Shown here piece by piece: positions 13,481 through 26,219 of a stretch of DNA of 64,000 nt (position 1 is its first letter; each line of letters opens with the position of its first letter). The stretch covers positions 19,266,343 through 19,330,342 of the forward strand of contig NC_081364.1 of assembly GCF_030684315.1 (NCBI RefSeq), given 5' to 3'. Source of the DNA: Stegostoma tigrinum (lineage: Eukaryota). The notes under the pieces were generated by a model that worked only from the letters and a program-made list of their open reading frames with translations, did not search any database and was not told where the DNA came from. The position numbers and the translations under genes are program-made.

Positions 13481-15024
13481 GACAGCCACTCCATTCTATG
13501 GTAACAACTTCTACCAATCTCTCCAAATTTTCACGAGACAAGCATTAAATGCAACATGAATTGTGAAACTTTACGGATCAAGATTTCTCCAAAGGGCATA
13601 GATTAATTCCTATGCATTTTAGGGTAAGTGAAAGAGATTTAATGATTCACACAAGTTAGCAAGAAGCAAAGTACTGCAGATGTTAGAAATAAAAATTAGA
13701 ATATGTAGGAAATATTCAGCAGGGAACATCCGTGGTGCAAGAAGCAGATGGCCAAACTGGAGGATAGCTGTTACAGCATTAGACCCCAAAAGATGTGTGA
13801 TGGCACCACTCGGTAATTTTGATGCTCAAGTTCCCAGGAAGGTAAAAATTCCACTGGGCAATTACCCAGCTTCTGTGTCCCTTCAAAAAAAAACAGAAAA
13901 AGCCCCTTACGGTGTGAGACAGTCACAAACTTCAGAGGGTTCTAACCTGCTTACCTTGTAGTCCATAATCGAAAAATGAGGTGTTGTTCCTCAAATTCGC
14001 CACAGTGCCACAGGCTAAAGGCAGGGAAGTCAGCACATTAGAAAGGTCAGGAATTAAGTGGCAGGTCAGTGGAAGCTTGGGGTGTAAGCAGAAGCATTGT
14101 ACAAGGTGGTTTACCAAACCTTTGTTTCTTCTCTCCAATATGGAACAGGCCACAAATCATGCCTGGTCAGTACTACTGAAAATTGGTGTCTTTGGTGGCT
14201 GATTGTCGCTATGATAAACAATGTCCAAGACCAGAAATGACTTTCCTGATCACCTTAAGAATGGCTGGGTTAGGGGAGACTGAAAAACAAAATAGAGTGG
14301 CTTGTGTGTCTGCAAGGGTTTTATTACCTAGGCTTTCTCTGTCAGAAAATAAAAAATGAGTGGGAGGACATTGGAGTTGGAACATAACTAGATTTCCTAT
14401 AAATATTCATTACAACCTTGAGAATATTTGAGAATGGAACTTAGTTCAAAAACTGTCTAAATAACAAATCCTGGAAATTGTAACTGGTACAATGAAGTCA
14501 ATTAGAGGTACAGGTTCTAAACGACAAATTATTCTAAGGTAGCATTTCATCTGTATCTTTGGTTTTGTAAATTACATAAATGGAAAAACATTCAATCAGT
14601 ACTTTAACCTGTGCATAAATTCTAGTAATCAATTCACAGTGACTGGATGCTTGCAAATGCTAACTTAGCACAGTGGAGACTGGATGGTAGCAGTTCAAGT
14701 ATGCTGATGTTACAGAAAGAATCCTCATAAAAAGTCCTTTCTGTTAAACACAAGTGTTCATTATTATTGACCATTCACCAGCATATTGGCAGTATGAAGT
14801 TATCAATGATCCAAAACAAGCATGAGAAGTTGAATGCTTATTTAAGCCACTTGAGCACAAGTGCAAATTTGAATAGAACAGAAATCAAGGTACTATAAGC
14901 CTTTCACATCATGTTTTAAAACAATTTTTTGTACCATTTTCTAGTTTAATGTATTCTAATTTTTCTAAAACTTTTCTGTAAAGTTAATGAACAGCAATGA
15001 CGATGACTCAGGATGATCATGTGG

Positions 15025-15365
15025 GACATTGATAGGGTTAATGTTAGGTGTCTTTTCCCCAGGATGGGAGAGTTCAAGACTAGGGAAAAAAACTTTTTAA
15101 GGAGAGAGACACGAGATTTAAACAAGACATGAGGGGCAAATTTTCTACACAGAGGGTAGTTCGTGTGTGGAATGAACTTCCTGATGAAGTGGTGGATGTG
15201 GCCACAGTTACAATGTTTAAAAAAAGATACTTGGATAAATACATGAATAGGAAACGTTTGGACAGTTATGGGCTAAGAGCAGGCAGGTGGGGCTAGTTTA
15301 GTTTGGTATCATTTTCAACATTGACTGGATGAACTGAAGGGTATTTTCTGTGCTGTATGACTCTA
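15025..15365 (+). mobile_element. CR1 LINE 3' fragment
   Basis: Typical CR1 C-terminus (decayed RGKFSTQRVVRVWNELPDEVV) followed by a 3' UTR. Confidence 0.7.
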
Positions 15366-16099
15366 ATGACTCCTTCATCCAGGATGCTAAGCAATGAACA
15401 GAACTCACTGTAGAAAGGCGATTATAAGCAGGGATAAAACTGATAAAATTTTGAGAACTATAGGTAACTAGATGCAAAATGATTATTTAATTTGAATGAT
15501 GACGAGTGCCGTATTAGAGGAAACAGGTTAAAAATAAACCAGTCCCAGACTTTACTCAAAATTAGAACATTGATTTATTCACTATTGTGTTGGATGAAAA
15601 GGCAGCAACTTCAGGCAAAAGCTAAAATACAAATATCTGAACTGAAAACTGAAGGTTATAGCTTTAACCAAATCAAAATGTAACTTTTATGATCAACTAA
15701 ATGTTGGCATAGAAGCTATGGCAGTCCTCAATATTCAAACAAAGCCTTTAAAGAATTTGGAAAAGCAAAATCACTTGTCTAATATTGGGTTAAATTTTTG
15801 CCAAGGAGCTGGGTAACAACAGCCATATTTGACTTTTGCTCAGAAGCCCACCTCTGATGGAAATCTGTTTAAAGCTGTCATTTTCATGGAAAGTTGGGGT
15901 GGGGTTCAGTACACCCTTAATACAAATCAAAGTGGTTTCCTTGACAAATTAGAGCCAGCTTGAAAAGGAATGATGAATACATCAAGCGTGAAATTCACTA
16001 CAGTTTATATATTCCAAAGCAGCTATTATGAAGGCTGCTGGCTATACTGAAAGAGAATTGCAGTTTGTGTAGAAATCTTTCACTGCTGCAAAGGGATGT

Positions 16100-16330
16100 G
16101 AAGTCATGGATGGAACAGGAGGACTGGCACACAGGGCAGGGTTGCTCCCCTGTTCATTGACGGAGGCCTGGATCTCATGTTGGAAGCTGGAGGAGGAGGA
16201 AGAGGAGGCTACCTTTGGTGATTACACAGATGAAGCTCCAGATGGCCACAGGCAAGTGGCAAAGGTGAGACAAGGAGAACTCAGTTACAGTGTTTCATGA
16301 ATTTAATGACCTCATATGTTCTGCTAAAGG
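16100..16330 (+). mobile_element. Possible decayed Myb/SANT-like ORF of a PIF/Harbinger transposon
   Basis: The frame RVAPLFIDGGLDLMLEA resembles the APRFSD..LE.LLEAV start of Harbinger-associated Myb/SANT proteins. It is heavily decayed and no TIRs were seen. Confidence 0.25.
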
Positions 16331-17384
16331 TAATGCCCCCAACATACTGAGGACACCTCAGGCCTTGCACTAACCAGCAGAAACACCACCAGAGCAGCCT
16401 CAGAATGCATGCTGCTTCTAAACTAGGGCTGTACAACCAGAGCATTTAGTGGGTCCTTAGAATTGCTTACAGCCAGAGGGTTCCTGAGAGCTTTTACCAC
16501 CAAGACATATATTTGTAAAAGAACAGGAGAGAAGGCACCCAAAAATGTGGAAGGGATGGTGGGCACCCTTCCTCTAATCGAACAGCCATAAAGCAAACAA
16601 CAATGGAGATCACAAGAATGTGGGTGAGGAGGAATTTGTGCCTGGCAAAACAGAAACTACTGGTTAACCTGGCGATTGCACAGGGAAAAAAAAATCGCTG
16701 AATAAAGAAGTAGGGATGCAGTGTATATGCTAGCATGTCATGCACTGAGTAGCATTTCGAAGTCTCAACATTACAGAGGTTTCTAATCTCCCGGATGAGG
16801 TCTCATCATCTCTTCAAGTGCAGACTTCCAACCAGTGTGACACACTTTTTCCCCTCTAGAAGCAGCAGCTTGGTCACACTTTATAAATGCATCATCTATC
16901 CTCACAGGTACTTTCCCATGTAGAGCCTCGCATGTGTGTAGATACTGTGGCAGAAGATAATTATCATATCAATAGTATGCAGCTGGAGGCACCAGAGACA
17001 GAGGGATTTGTAGTCAACTCCGAAGTAGGGAGGTCATACACAATTCTGTTCAGCTGGACACAGATGCAGGATTCAGGGTTCAGGGTTCACAGAAAATATG
17101 GTCCTACTTTGCACAGCTGCAAGAAATATGCTCCCCCATGTCAATGTTCAATGAGATAATTCAGATTCTGCACCAGCCTGTTTTTTTTCCAAAGAACTAG
17201 ACTGTTTTTCAAAGAATTAATTACATGGTATAGACCACACAAAACTAGCAGCACAATGAAATCTATAGAGAAGACATACAAGTTACATAGTCACAAATTT
17301 GGTTTTAGAAATAAATTTTGTCAGTTTGCTGCAGAATCCAGTCATTGACGTAAATTCTAAATCAATATCCTAGTAATGTTGTAC

Positions 17385-17517
17385 CTGTGGATGAACAATG
17401 CTCTCAGCATCATTCAGGCGAATATTGTCATCTATAAAGATATGTTGTATTCCAGTTTCAGAAGGATCAATCCAAAATGGTTTACCACCTTCATTTGAGA
17501 AGCTATTCCGAGACCAC
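17385..17517 (-). CDS. Uncharacterised HAD-like protein, coding exon 4
   Basis: Acceptor ttttttcag|G, donor CAG|gtacaa, 133 nt, phase 2 to 0. Translates WSRNSFSNEGGKPFWIDPSETGIQHIFIDDNIRLNDAESIVHPQ, containing a HAD motif IV-like IFIDDN. Confidence 0.85.
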
Positions 17518-17888
17518 CTGAAAAAAATTAAGAAAATGAGACACTTTTCAAAAATCGATGAAGCAATTTTCTAATATTTGGGATTATGCTTCTGCACAAT
17601 AACAAAACAATAACAAGTTTCTTACAGTTAGTCACGGTTAGGAAGTTCAGTATGAGAGTATTTGAAGGGTTCCCCACCATTTCCTAATAATAACAACAAG
17701 CTGTTAACATGCTGATTATACAGGTGTTAGGATTCTTTTTCGTGAATAATGAACTGTAGAAATCAATCTGTTTTTTCAAATCAGCAAATTAAAATTTGAG
17801 TAAAGTGTCTGGGAACTAAACAATTCTTTTTGATTTTGCTATTGTATTCCTTAAAATTGGCAGTGGGTAATTAATGTCCAAGACTCAC

Positions 17889-18049
17889 CAATCAAAATGA
17901 TCCTGAAAACCTACAATTCCTTCCAATGAAGAGAAGTAGTTATACAGAGCTCTAGCACCTGATTGTGTAGAAATCCGCTCAGATCCCAAGGTCAACACAA
18001 CATTATTTTTGTTACAACGGATTTTACCCGGTGCGACTGTCAATGGAAG
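17889..18049 (-). CDS. Uncharacterised HAD-like protein, coding exon 3
   Basis: Polypyrimidine acceptor ttttcccctttag|CTT, donor TG|gtgagt, 161 nt, phase 0 to 2. Translates LPLTVAPGKIRCNKNNVVLTLGSERISTQSGARALYNYFSSLEGIVGFQDHFDW. Confidence 0.85.
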
Positions 18050-19834
18050 CTAAAGGGGAAAAAAAAGGGACATCTGTTAGTTAATGATTTACAAAAGCCT
18101 TTCATCTTAGATTGGAAGAATCGTGTGCTGTCAGCTGTTACAAAAATCTAACTGAATCTCTAAACATTAAATTGTTCATAAAACAAAACTAGACTTAAAC
18201 AAAACACAGTAGAACAGTCAACCTAGGTGAAGGGAACAGAAAAAGGTAATGCTTCAAGTGCAGCTCTCTATTTGGGAAAAAGGATTCAGATCACAAACAT
18301 TAACTTAACTGTCAGCTCCAAAAATGCCAATCACCAAATCCACTGTTTCAAATTTCCAATTAAACAGTGATTAACAGCATATGAAGTATTTACCTTTCAC
18401 TTGAAACAACCAAGTTATTTATAGTTATATTACAGTGTTCAAACATATCCACACATAAAAGGACACCTTTTAATCTTTCAACAGAGTTATTAAATACTTT
18501 TACCCCTCTAATTCATTATTATTTACTTCAAATTCCATTATGCAAAAAGCATAAGTAGATGACCCATATTTGGCTTCCCCAAGGTTCCACCTGAGTTAAC
18601 TACGAGGTGGTGCATAACAGTAATCTGGGTTAACTTGCCTGACTGTTTTTCTTTTCCTCCTGGTAGGAAAGTAACAAGTTCGAGGTGCAAATTTTAATAC
18701 ATGCACAAGGAACAAGAGTAGGCCACTCAGCCCTTTTAGCCTGCTCTGCCACTTGATTCTGATTTTAACTTCAACTTCAAATTCCTGCACATCCCTAGTA
18801 TACTTTCATTCCCTTGGTAATCAAGTATTTATTCTACTTCTGCCTCTGCGCCCACTGCCTTTTGAGGAAGGAGCTCCGAAGACTCAGCCCTCTGAGAGAA
18901 AGTCCTTGCTCATCTGTTTTAAATGGGCACCTCCTTTAATGTTAATTAATAACACTTAGTTCTAGATTCTCCCAACCAAGGAAACATGCTTTCAACAATC
19001 AGCTGGTCAAGTCCCCTCAGGATTTTATTTGTTTCAACTGAGTCACCAACTCCAACGTTTACAGGCCTAACCTGTCTGGCCTCCTTCTTGTGCCAAGATT
19101 CAGAACTGGAGAGGCAGAGTTTAGCATCCCCTACACACTCTAGGCAGGGTCCATGGTATGAGGAGTGGGAGGGTGTGGGTTTGGGACCCTATCGTCACCA
19201 CGCATCAAGTCTAAGGTAGACTTGTGGGTCACCTATTAGCCTGGACAAACTGAAGGTCTTAATTAGGTAATTAATGCCTACTTAAGGGTCTCCTACTGCT
19301 ACCTCTGGTTAACTCACCATGTGGAGAGACTGGCAAGCAAACCTTATTAGATTTGGAAGAATAGTACCCTGTTCAGAGTGACACCCATGTCTTTCCTCAC
19401 CCACCCTTACCTATCTTTGTTGTAAGGATTTATTGATAAACCCTGGTGAGGGCCTAAGCATGTTACAGGCAACAACTGACACTAGAGAGCTTCTGGCTTC
19501 TGACTGACAACTCTCATGAGGGAGATTCCCATTCTGTTCAGGGAGACACCGCAACTAAATGTTCCAGTGGAATCAGGAGTCATGGCAGCAGGGTTTCTGC
19601 TACTAATTAGGTACTTCATTCCTTGAGGGATTCCAGTATTCGCAACACTGGTGAGGTACCTTCAGTTTTAGTTGTCAAGCCCCTTCTGACCCTCATTAAA
19701 TTCTGTCCAAATTCTGTTCATGTTGTTTGGTTCAGAAAAATATCAGAATGAGTAAGAACTATAGTTTATCGGACCAATCTTAAAAAAGAAAATCCAGTGT
19801 TTATGCAGATATCTGAAAATTAAGTTTTGCTTAC

Positions 19835-20220
19835 ATGTTTCATTTGAAGACGTTGATACTGAGGATGTTGACCTGACAGGGTGATTTGAATGGTCTTTAA
19901 TGTTCTACACAAATCCGACCCAAAGGTTCGAAGTACTATAGCAAATTCTCTACCTTGTGATGATAAACAATCAATTAACTCAAAGAAAGCTGGCAGGATC
20001 TGATGGTACTCTTTGCCATCTTCATCAGTCATAGACAGAAGCTCATTGTGGGGACCCATCCATTCTACTTTCTGTAGGTGGTCAGTAAAAATCTTTTTAA
20101 AGAGGGAACCATCACCAGTCTCTGTGAAATCCAATGGCCTCCCGAACTGCGAATAATAGCTCACAGCACCATCACAGGGTGGGATCAGGGAAGGTACTTC
20201 ACTCAGCCATTCCCACTTTC
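19835..20220 (-). CDS. Uncharacterised HAD-like protein, coding exon 2
   Basis: Lies inside ORF 19820..20236. Acceptor tatgtttcag|GA, donor CAT|gtaagc, 386 nt, phase 1 to 0. Contains GKWEWLSEVPSL...FAIVLRTFGSDL. Confidence 0.85.
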
Positions 20221-20539
20221 CTGAAACATAATTCACATTGTAATCAGCTTAACCTATATCACATTGCCTTTATCAGAGCCACTAGCATTGTGATGGTAAC
20301 AACGTCAAATAGGGTAAATACAGAAACTATTACTTCTAGTGGAGAACTCACAAAACGAAAGCTGTGTGACATCAAAATTACCATTAGGTAGGTTAGGATG
20401 GAATAAAGACACACATCGTCACAAGAAGCATCGTGGAAAAGTTGAAATGTTCTTACCTTAAAACATTCTTGGGGCTAACTCAAGTGAAAATGCCAAAACT
20501 GAAACTAAAATGTTTTTGTTATGCAAAGCCCATGTAGTA

Positions 20540-22010
20540 CATGGAACCAAGGGCAAAAGAGTAACTCGGGAGAAAATAGGCCCCTTAAAGATTAACAAGG
20601 TCATCTATGTGTGGAACCATAGAAGGTGGGCGAGATACAAGATGAGTATCTCATGTCAGTATTTACTGTGGAGAAGGGCACGGAAGCTAGAGAGCTTGGG
20701 GAAATGAACAGTGATGTCTTGAATAGCGTCCATATTACAGGAGAGTAGGTGCTGGATATCTTAAAACGCGTAAAAGTGGATAAATCCCTAAGACTTGATC
20801 AAGTGTATTCCAGAACTTTGTGGGATTATTATTTATTTATTCCTAGAGTCACAGATATAAACAGCACGGACATGGACCCTTCGGTCCAACTTGTCTACAT
20901 CGACCAAATATCCCAAATAATCTAGTCCCATTTGGTCCATATCCCTCTAAACCATTCCTATCCATATTCCCATCTATAATTGTACAAGCCTCCTCATTCG
21001 ATACATACATCACCCTCTGCATGAAAAAGTTGCCCCTTAGGTCCCTTTTAAATCTTTCCCCTCTCGGCTTAAACTTGTGCCCTCTAGCTTTGGACTCTCC
21101 CACTCCAGGGAAAAGACCTTGTCTGTATATCGATCCACACCCCTCATGATTTTATAGAACTAAAAAAAAACAAGAGAAGCACAGGACAGGAAGAGGCCCT
21201 CCAAGCCTGTGCTGATCATCATGCCCTAACTAATCTAAAAAACAAACCTTCTGCACTTATTCGGTCCGTATCCCTCTATTCTCTCCATCCTCGTGTAACC
21301 ATCCAGGCACCTCTTAAATGTTGTCAACATGCCCACTTCCACCACCTCTTCTGGCAGTGTATTCCAAGCTCCTGTTCGCTAAAGACATTTCATGGCCCCT
21401 TTTAGCCTAATTCCTCTATAAGATCACCTCTCAGCCTCTTACACTCCAGGGAAAACAGCCCCAGCCTTTTCAGCCTCTCCCTATAACTCAAGCCCCCCAA
21501 CCCTGGCAACATCCTTGCAAATCTTCTCAGAACCCTTTCAAATTTCACAACATCCTTCTTATAACAGGGAGACAAGAACTGCATGCAGTATGCCAAAAGT
21601 GGTCTAACCAATGTCCTGTAAAGCTGCAACATGATCTCCCAACTCCTATGCTCAATGCACTGACCAGTAAAGGCAAGCATATCTAACACCTTCTTCACTA
21701 TCCTGGTCTACCTGTGATTCCACTTTCAAAGAACTATGAACCTGCACTCCATGATCTCTTTGTTCAGCAACACTCCCCAGGAACTTATCACTAAGTGTAT
21801 AAGTTCTGCCCTGATATGCCTTTCCAAAATGCAGCACCTCACATTTATCTAAATTAAACTCTATTTGCCATTCCTCAGCCCATTAGCCCATCTGATCCAG
21901 ATCCCATTGTAGTCTGAGGTAACCTTCTTTGCTGTCCACTACACCTCTAATTTTAATGTCATCTGCAAAATTACTAACCATACCTTCTATGTTCACATTC
22001 AAATTGTTAA
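20540..22010. mobile_element. Cluster of CR1 LINE fragments (plus-strand piece 20540-20825, minus-strand pieces 20845-22010)
   Basis: ORFs 20849..21103, 21402..21698 and 21652..21837 translate to CR1 ORF2 C-terminal motifs (LYRTLVRPLLAYC, RGNFFMQRV). Confidence 0.8.
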
Positions 22011-22150
22011 ATATTATTTAATTATTATTTTTTAAAAATTTTCCTTTCAGGTTATTTTGTTTGATTGTTAACGTCAATACTGATCTATAACTACTTCCCT
22101 TGCCAAACAAGGTTGAAATATTTTTGTTATGGTTTAATACGATTTCTTAC

Positions 22151-22376
22151 CTTCCTGATTGATCCGGCCCCAAGTAACAGTGGTTAGAAAGGAACTGAGC
22201 GCTCTCCTGGGCCCTTGTCTGGTAACTGTGTCAAACAGCAGGACTGTGTTATTTAAATCCAAGTGCACAATCAGTTTTGACCTACAACAATTTAAAGTTT
22301 TGGGGATCTTGGTGATCATTTGGGTGGAAACAGATTCCACTCTTTCAGTAACTTGATCTGGATGAAGCAATGCCAT
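22151..22376 (-). CDS. Uncharacterised HAD-like protein, first coding exon
   Basis: ATG at 22376 with an upstream in-frame stop, donor GAAG|gtaaga, 226 nt, phase 1. Contains KLIVHLDLNNTVLL (HAD motif I-like). The exon probably starts at an acceptor before 22559, so it includes 5' UTR. Confidence 0.8.
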
Positions 22377-23597
22377 TTGTAATTTCAGGACTGGATGATA
22401 GAAGTCAATTATCTTGTCGGAACGGCACTGTTACTTGTAGGCATTGTTGCTATTTAAATTCTGTGTTTTTGGTCACCAAGGATTCATTCGTCAAACTTCT
22501 GCTTTCAGCAATATCTCAGAGATATGGATTATGAAGTAGACTGGTTGGGCCTCACAGACCTTCAGGAAAAAAGATGAAAATTCTATAATTATTAATATGA
22601 CTCCAGTTAGATTCTGTATGTTCTAAATCAGTAAGTAAATATAGACTAAAGCAAATGGCAAGTAGCGAGAATTATAAAATACAACAGGGTAAACATAAAC
22701 TACTGTCAATACAACAGCAATTACAAATGAGGCACAAAGGCAACACTAATTACAGTAGATAGACTGAGATGGCAAAGATAATTGAAAATGGCCCATTACT
22801 TCCTAAATGAATGAAGAAGATTTTCCCCAGAGTGAAAATAAGTTCTAACTTTTAATGCTCTCCACTACACATTTACATAGCTTGCCTGACTATTCCACAC
22901 AATTAGCATTCTCTACTCTATCGTGTTCTGCTCCTCCATGATTGGCTGATGTGTTCAAATTTACCAATGGCTTTCCAGGAACTATAAAATATATGTGAAG
23001 TGAGAATTGCTCAAGTGCCAGAAGTAAGTCTAATTCCACTACTTCAATAATCAGACAAATCTTTTGGAACCAAATGCATGACATTTTTACTTATATTCAT
23101 TTTGCTTTTCCTTAAACTAGCATTTATATGGCACATTTATAAAACACTTTAAATTGAACAACTGTTGGACTGAAGTACTGCACTTGCAAGGCAATCTAAA
23201 TTGTATGCTCAAATCCTGTTGTTGCAGTGAACGTAAGTATTTCCAAAGCTACAGGCAAAAACCTACACACTTGGATGATTCATGGATTTTGCCACAGAAT
23301 GTGATTACATTTTACAGATTTTTTTTATTCTGGTCAGCTTGTTACCAAGACACATCTTGCTGACTGAAGTCCAAGCACATATTAGAAAAAGCCAAGGCTC
23401 CTGAAAGATACAGGAGTTCAACAAAAAACCAAATCATACAGCTTAACAGTACAAAGCATTATAAAAATTCCAAAAATCATGTGGCATAAATGTAATCGGA
23501 GATAATGGGAACTGCAGATGCTGGAGATTCCAAGATAACAAAATGTGAGGCTGGATGAACACAGCAGGCCAAGCAGCATCTCAGGAGCACAAAAGCT

Positions 23598-23625
23598 GAC
23601 GTTTCGGGCCTAGACCCTTCATCAG
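23598..23625 (-). ncRNA. Minimal hammerhead ribozyme motif (inverted arm copy)
   Basis: Reverse complement reads CTGATGA-a-gggtc-ta-ggccc-GAAA-CGTC. Confidence 0.65.
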
Positions 23626-24249
23626 AGAGGGGGATGGGGGGAGGGAACTGGAATAAATAGGGAGAGAGGGGGAGGCGGACCGAAGATGGAGAGTAAAGAA
23701 GATAGGTGGAGAGAGTGTAGGTGGGGAGGTAGGGAGGGGATAGGTCAGTCCAGGGAAGACGGACAGGTCAAGGAGGTGGGATGAGGTTAGTAGGTAGCTG
23801 GGGGTGCGGCTTGGGGTGGGAGGAAGGGATGGGTGAGAGGAAGAACCGGTTAGGGAGGCAGAGACAGGTTGGACTGGTTTTGGGATGCAGTGGGTGGGGG
23901 GGAAGAGCTGGGCTGGTTGTGTGGTGCAGTGGGGGGAGGGGATGAACTGGGCTGGTTTAGGGATGCAGTGGGGGAAGGGGAGATTTTGAAACTGGTGAAG
24001 TCCACATTGATACCATATGGCTGCAGGGTTCCCAGGCGGAATATGAGTTGCTGTTCCTGCAACCTTCGGGTGGCATCATTGTGGCAGTGCAGGAGGCCCA
24101 TGATGGACATGTCATCAAGAGAATGGGAGGGGGAGTGGAAATGGTTTGCGACTGGGAGGTGCAGTTGTTTGTTGCGAACTGAGCGGAGGTGTTCTGCAAA
24201 GCGGTCCCCAAGCCTCCGCTTGGTTTCCCCAATGTAGAGAAAGCCGCAC

Positions 24250-25967
24250 TCCCCCGCACGGCCCGTTTCTATCTCCTTCCCAAAATCCACAAACCTGCCT
24301 GCCCTGGTCGACCCATCGTCTCAGCCTGCTCCTGCCCCACCGAACTCATCTCCACCTATCTGGACTCCATTTTCTCCCCTTTGGTCCAGGAACTCCCCAC
24401 CTATGTCCGTGACACCACCCACGCCCTCCACCTCCTCCAGGACTTCCAATTCCCTGGCCCCCAACACCTCATATTCACCATGGACGTCCAGTCCCTGTAC
24501 ACCTGCATTCCGCATGGAGATGGCCTCAAGGCCCTCCGCTTCTTCCTGTCCCGCAGGCCCGACCAGGCCCCCTCCACCGACACTCTCATCCGCCTAGCGG
24601 AACTCGTCCTCACACTCAACAACTTCTCTTTTGACTCCTCCCACTTCCTACAGACTAAGGGGGTGGCCATGGGCACCCGCATGGGCCCCAGCTATGCCTG
24701 CCTCTTTGTAGGTTACGTGGAACAGTCCATCTTCCGCACCTACACAGGCCCCAAACCCCACCTCTTCCTCCGGTACATTGATGACTGTATCGGCGCCGCC
24801 TCTTGCTCCCCAGAGGAGCTCGAACAGTTCATCCACTTCACCAACACCTTCCACCCCAACCTTCAGTTCACCTGGGCCATCTCCAGCACATCCCTCACCT
24901 TCCTGGACCTCTCAGTCTCCATCTCAGGCAACCAGCTTGTAACTGATGTCCATTTCAAGCCCACCGACTCCCACAGCTACCTAGAATACACCTCCTCCCA
25001 CCCACCCTCCTGCAAAAATTCCATCCCCTATTCCCAATTCCTCCGCCTCCGCCGCATCTGCTCCCACGATAAGACATTCCACTCCCGCACATCCCAGATG
25101 TCCAAGTTCTTTAAGGACCGCAACTTCCCCCCCACGGTGATTGAGAACGCCCTTGACCGCGTCTCCCGCATTTCCCGCGACACATCCCTCACACCCCGCC
25201 CCCGCCACAACCGCCCCAAGAGGATCCCCCTCGTTCTCACACACCACCCTACCAACCTCCGGATACAACGCATTATCCTCCGACACTTCCGCCATTTACA
25301 ATCCGACCCCACCACCCAAGACATTTTTCCATCCCCACCCCTGTCTGCTTTCCGGAGAGACCACTCTCTCCGTGACTCCCTTGTTCGCTCCACACTGCCC
25401 TCCAACCCCACCACACCCGGCACCTTCCCCTGCAACCGCAGGAAATGCTACACTTGTCCCCACACCTCCTCCCTCACCCCCATCCCAGGCCCCAAGATGA
25501 CATTCCACATTAAGCAGAGGTTCACCTGCACATCTGCCAATGTGATATACTGCATCCACTGTACCCGGTGCGGCTTTCTCTACATTGGGGAAACCAAGCG
25601 GAGGCTTGGGGACCGCTTTGCAGAACACCTCCGCTCAGTTCGCAACAAACCACTGCACCTCCCAGTCGCAAACCATTTCCACTCCCCCTCCCATTCTCTT
25701 GATGACATGTCCATCATGGGCCTCCTGCACTGCCACAATGATGCCACCCGAAGGTTGCAGGAACAGCAACTCATATTCCGCCTGGGAACCCTGCAGCCAT
25801 ATGGTATCAATGTGGACTTCACCAGTTTCAAAATCTCCCCTTCCCCCACTGCATCCCTAAACCAGCCCAGTTCATCCCCTACCCCCACTGCACCACACAA
25901 CCAGCCCAGCTCTTCCCCCCCACCCACTGCATCCCAAAACCAGTCCAACCTGTCTCTGCCTCCCTAA
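24250..25967 (+). CDS. PLE ORF, 5'-truncated but stop-free: reverse transcriptase, Cys-rich linker and GIY-YIG endonuclease
   Basis: RT motifs FTMDVQSLYT, GVAMGTRMGPSYA and FLRYIDD. Linker CNRRKCYTC. GIY-YIG VIYCIHC...YIGETKRRLGDRFAEH...GIN. The first ~20 aa of the 592-aa ORF come from the inverted arm. Confidence 0.93.
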
Positions 25968-26191
25968 CCGGTTCTTCCTCTCACCCATCCCTTCCTCCCA
26001 CCCCAAGCCGCACCCCCAGCTACCTACTAACCTCATCCCACCTCCTTGACCTGTCCGTCTTCCCTGGACTGACCTATCCCCTCCCTACCTCCCCACCTAC
26101 ACTCTCTCCACCTATCTTCTTTACTCTCCATCTTCGGTCCGCCTCCCCCTCTCTCCCTATTTATTCCAGTTCCCTCCCCCCATCCCCCTCT

Positions 26192-26219
26192 CTGATGAAG
26201 GGTCTAGGCCCGAAACGTC
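26192..26219 (+). ncRNA. Minimal hammerhead ribozyme motif in the PLE 3' terminal region
   Basis: CTGATGA 26192-26198, stem II gggtc/ggccc, GAAA 26212-26215, palindromic ACGT mini-stem III and a GTC cleavage triplet. Local stem I is only about 2 bp. Confidence 0.65.

Noticed and set aside
24189-24249. N-terminus (MFCKAVPKPPLGFPNVEKAA) of the 592-aa ORF as a real start
   Set aside because: It is the antisense reading of the inverted arm fused in frame by chance. The element is 5'-truncated.
24321-25948. Many overlapping antisense and alternate-frame ORFs over the PLE
   Set aside because: Shadow ORFs caused by the C-rich, stop-poor composition.
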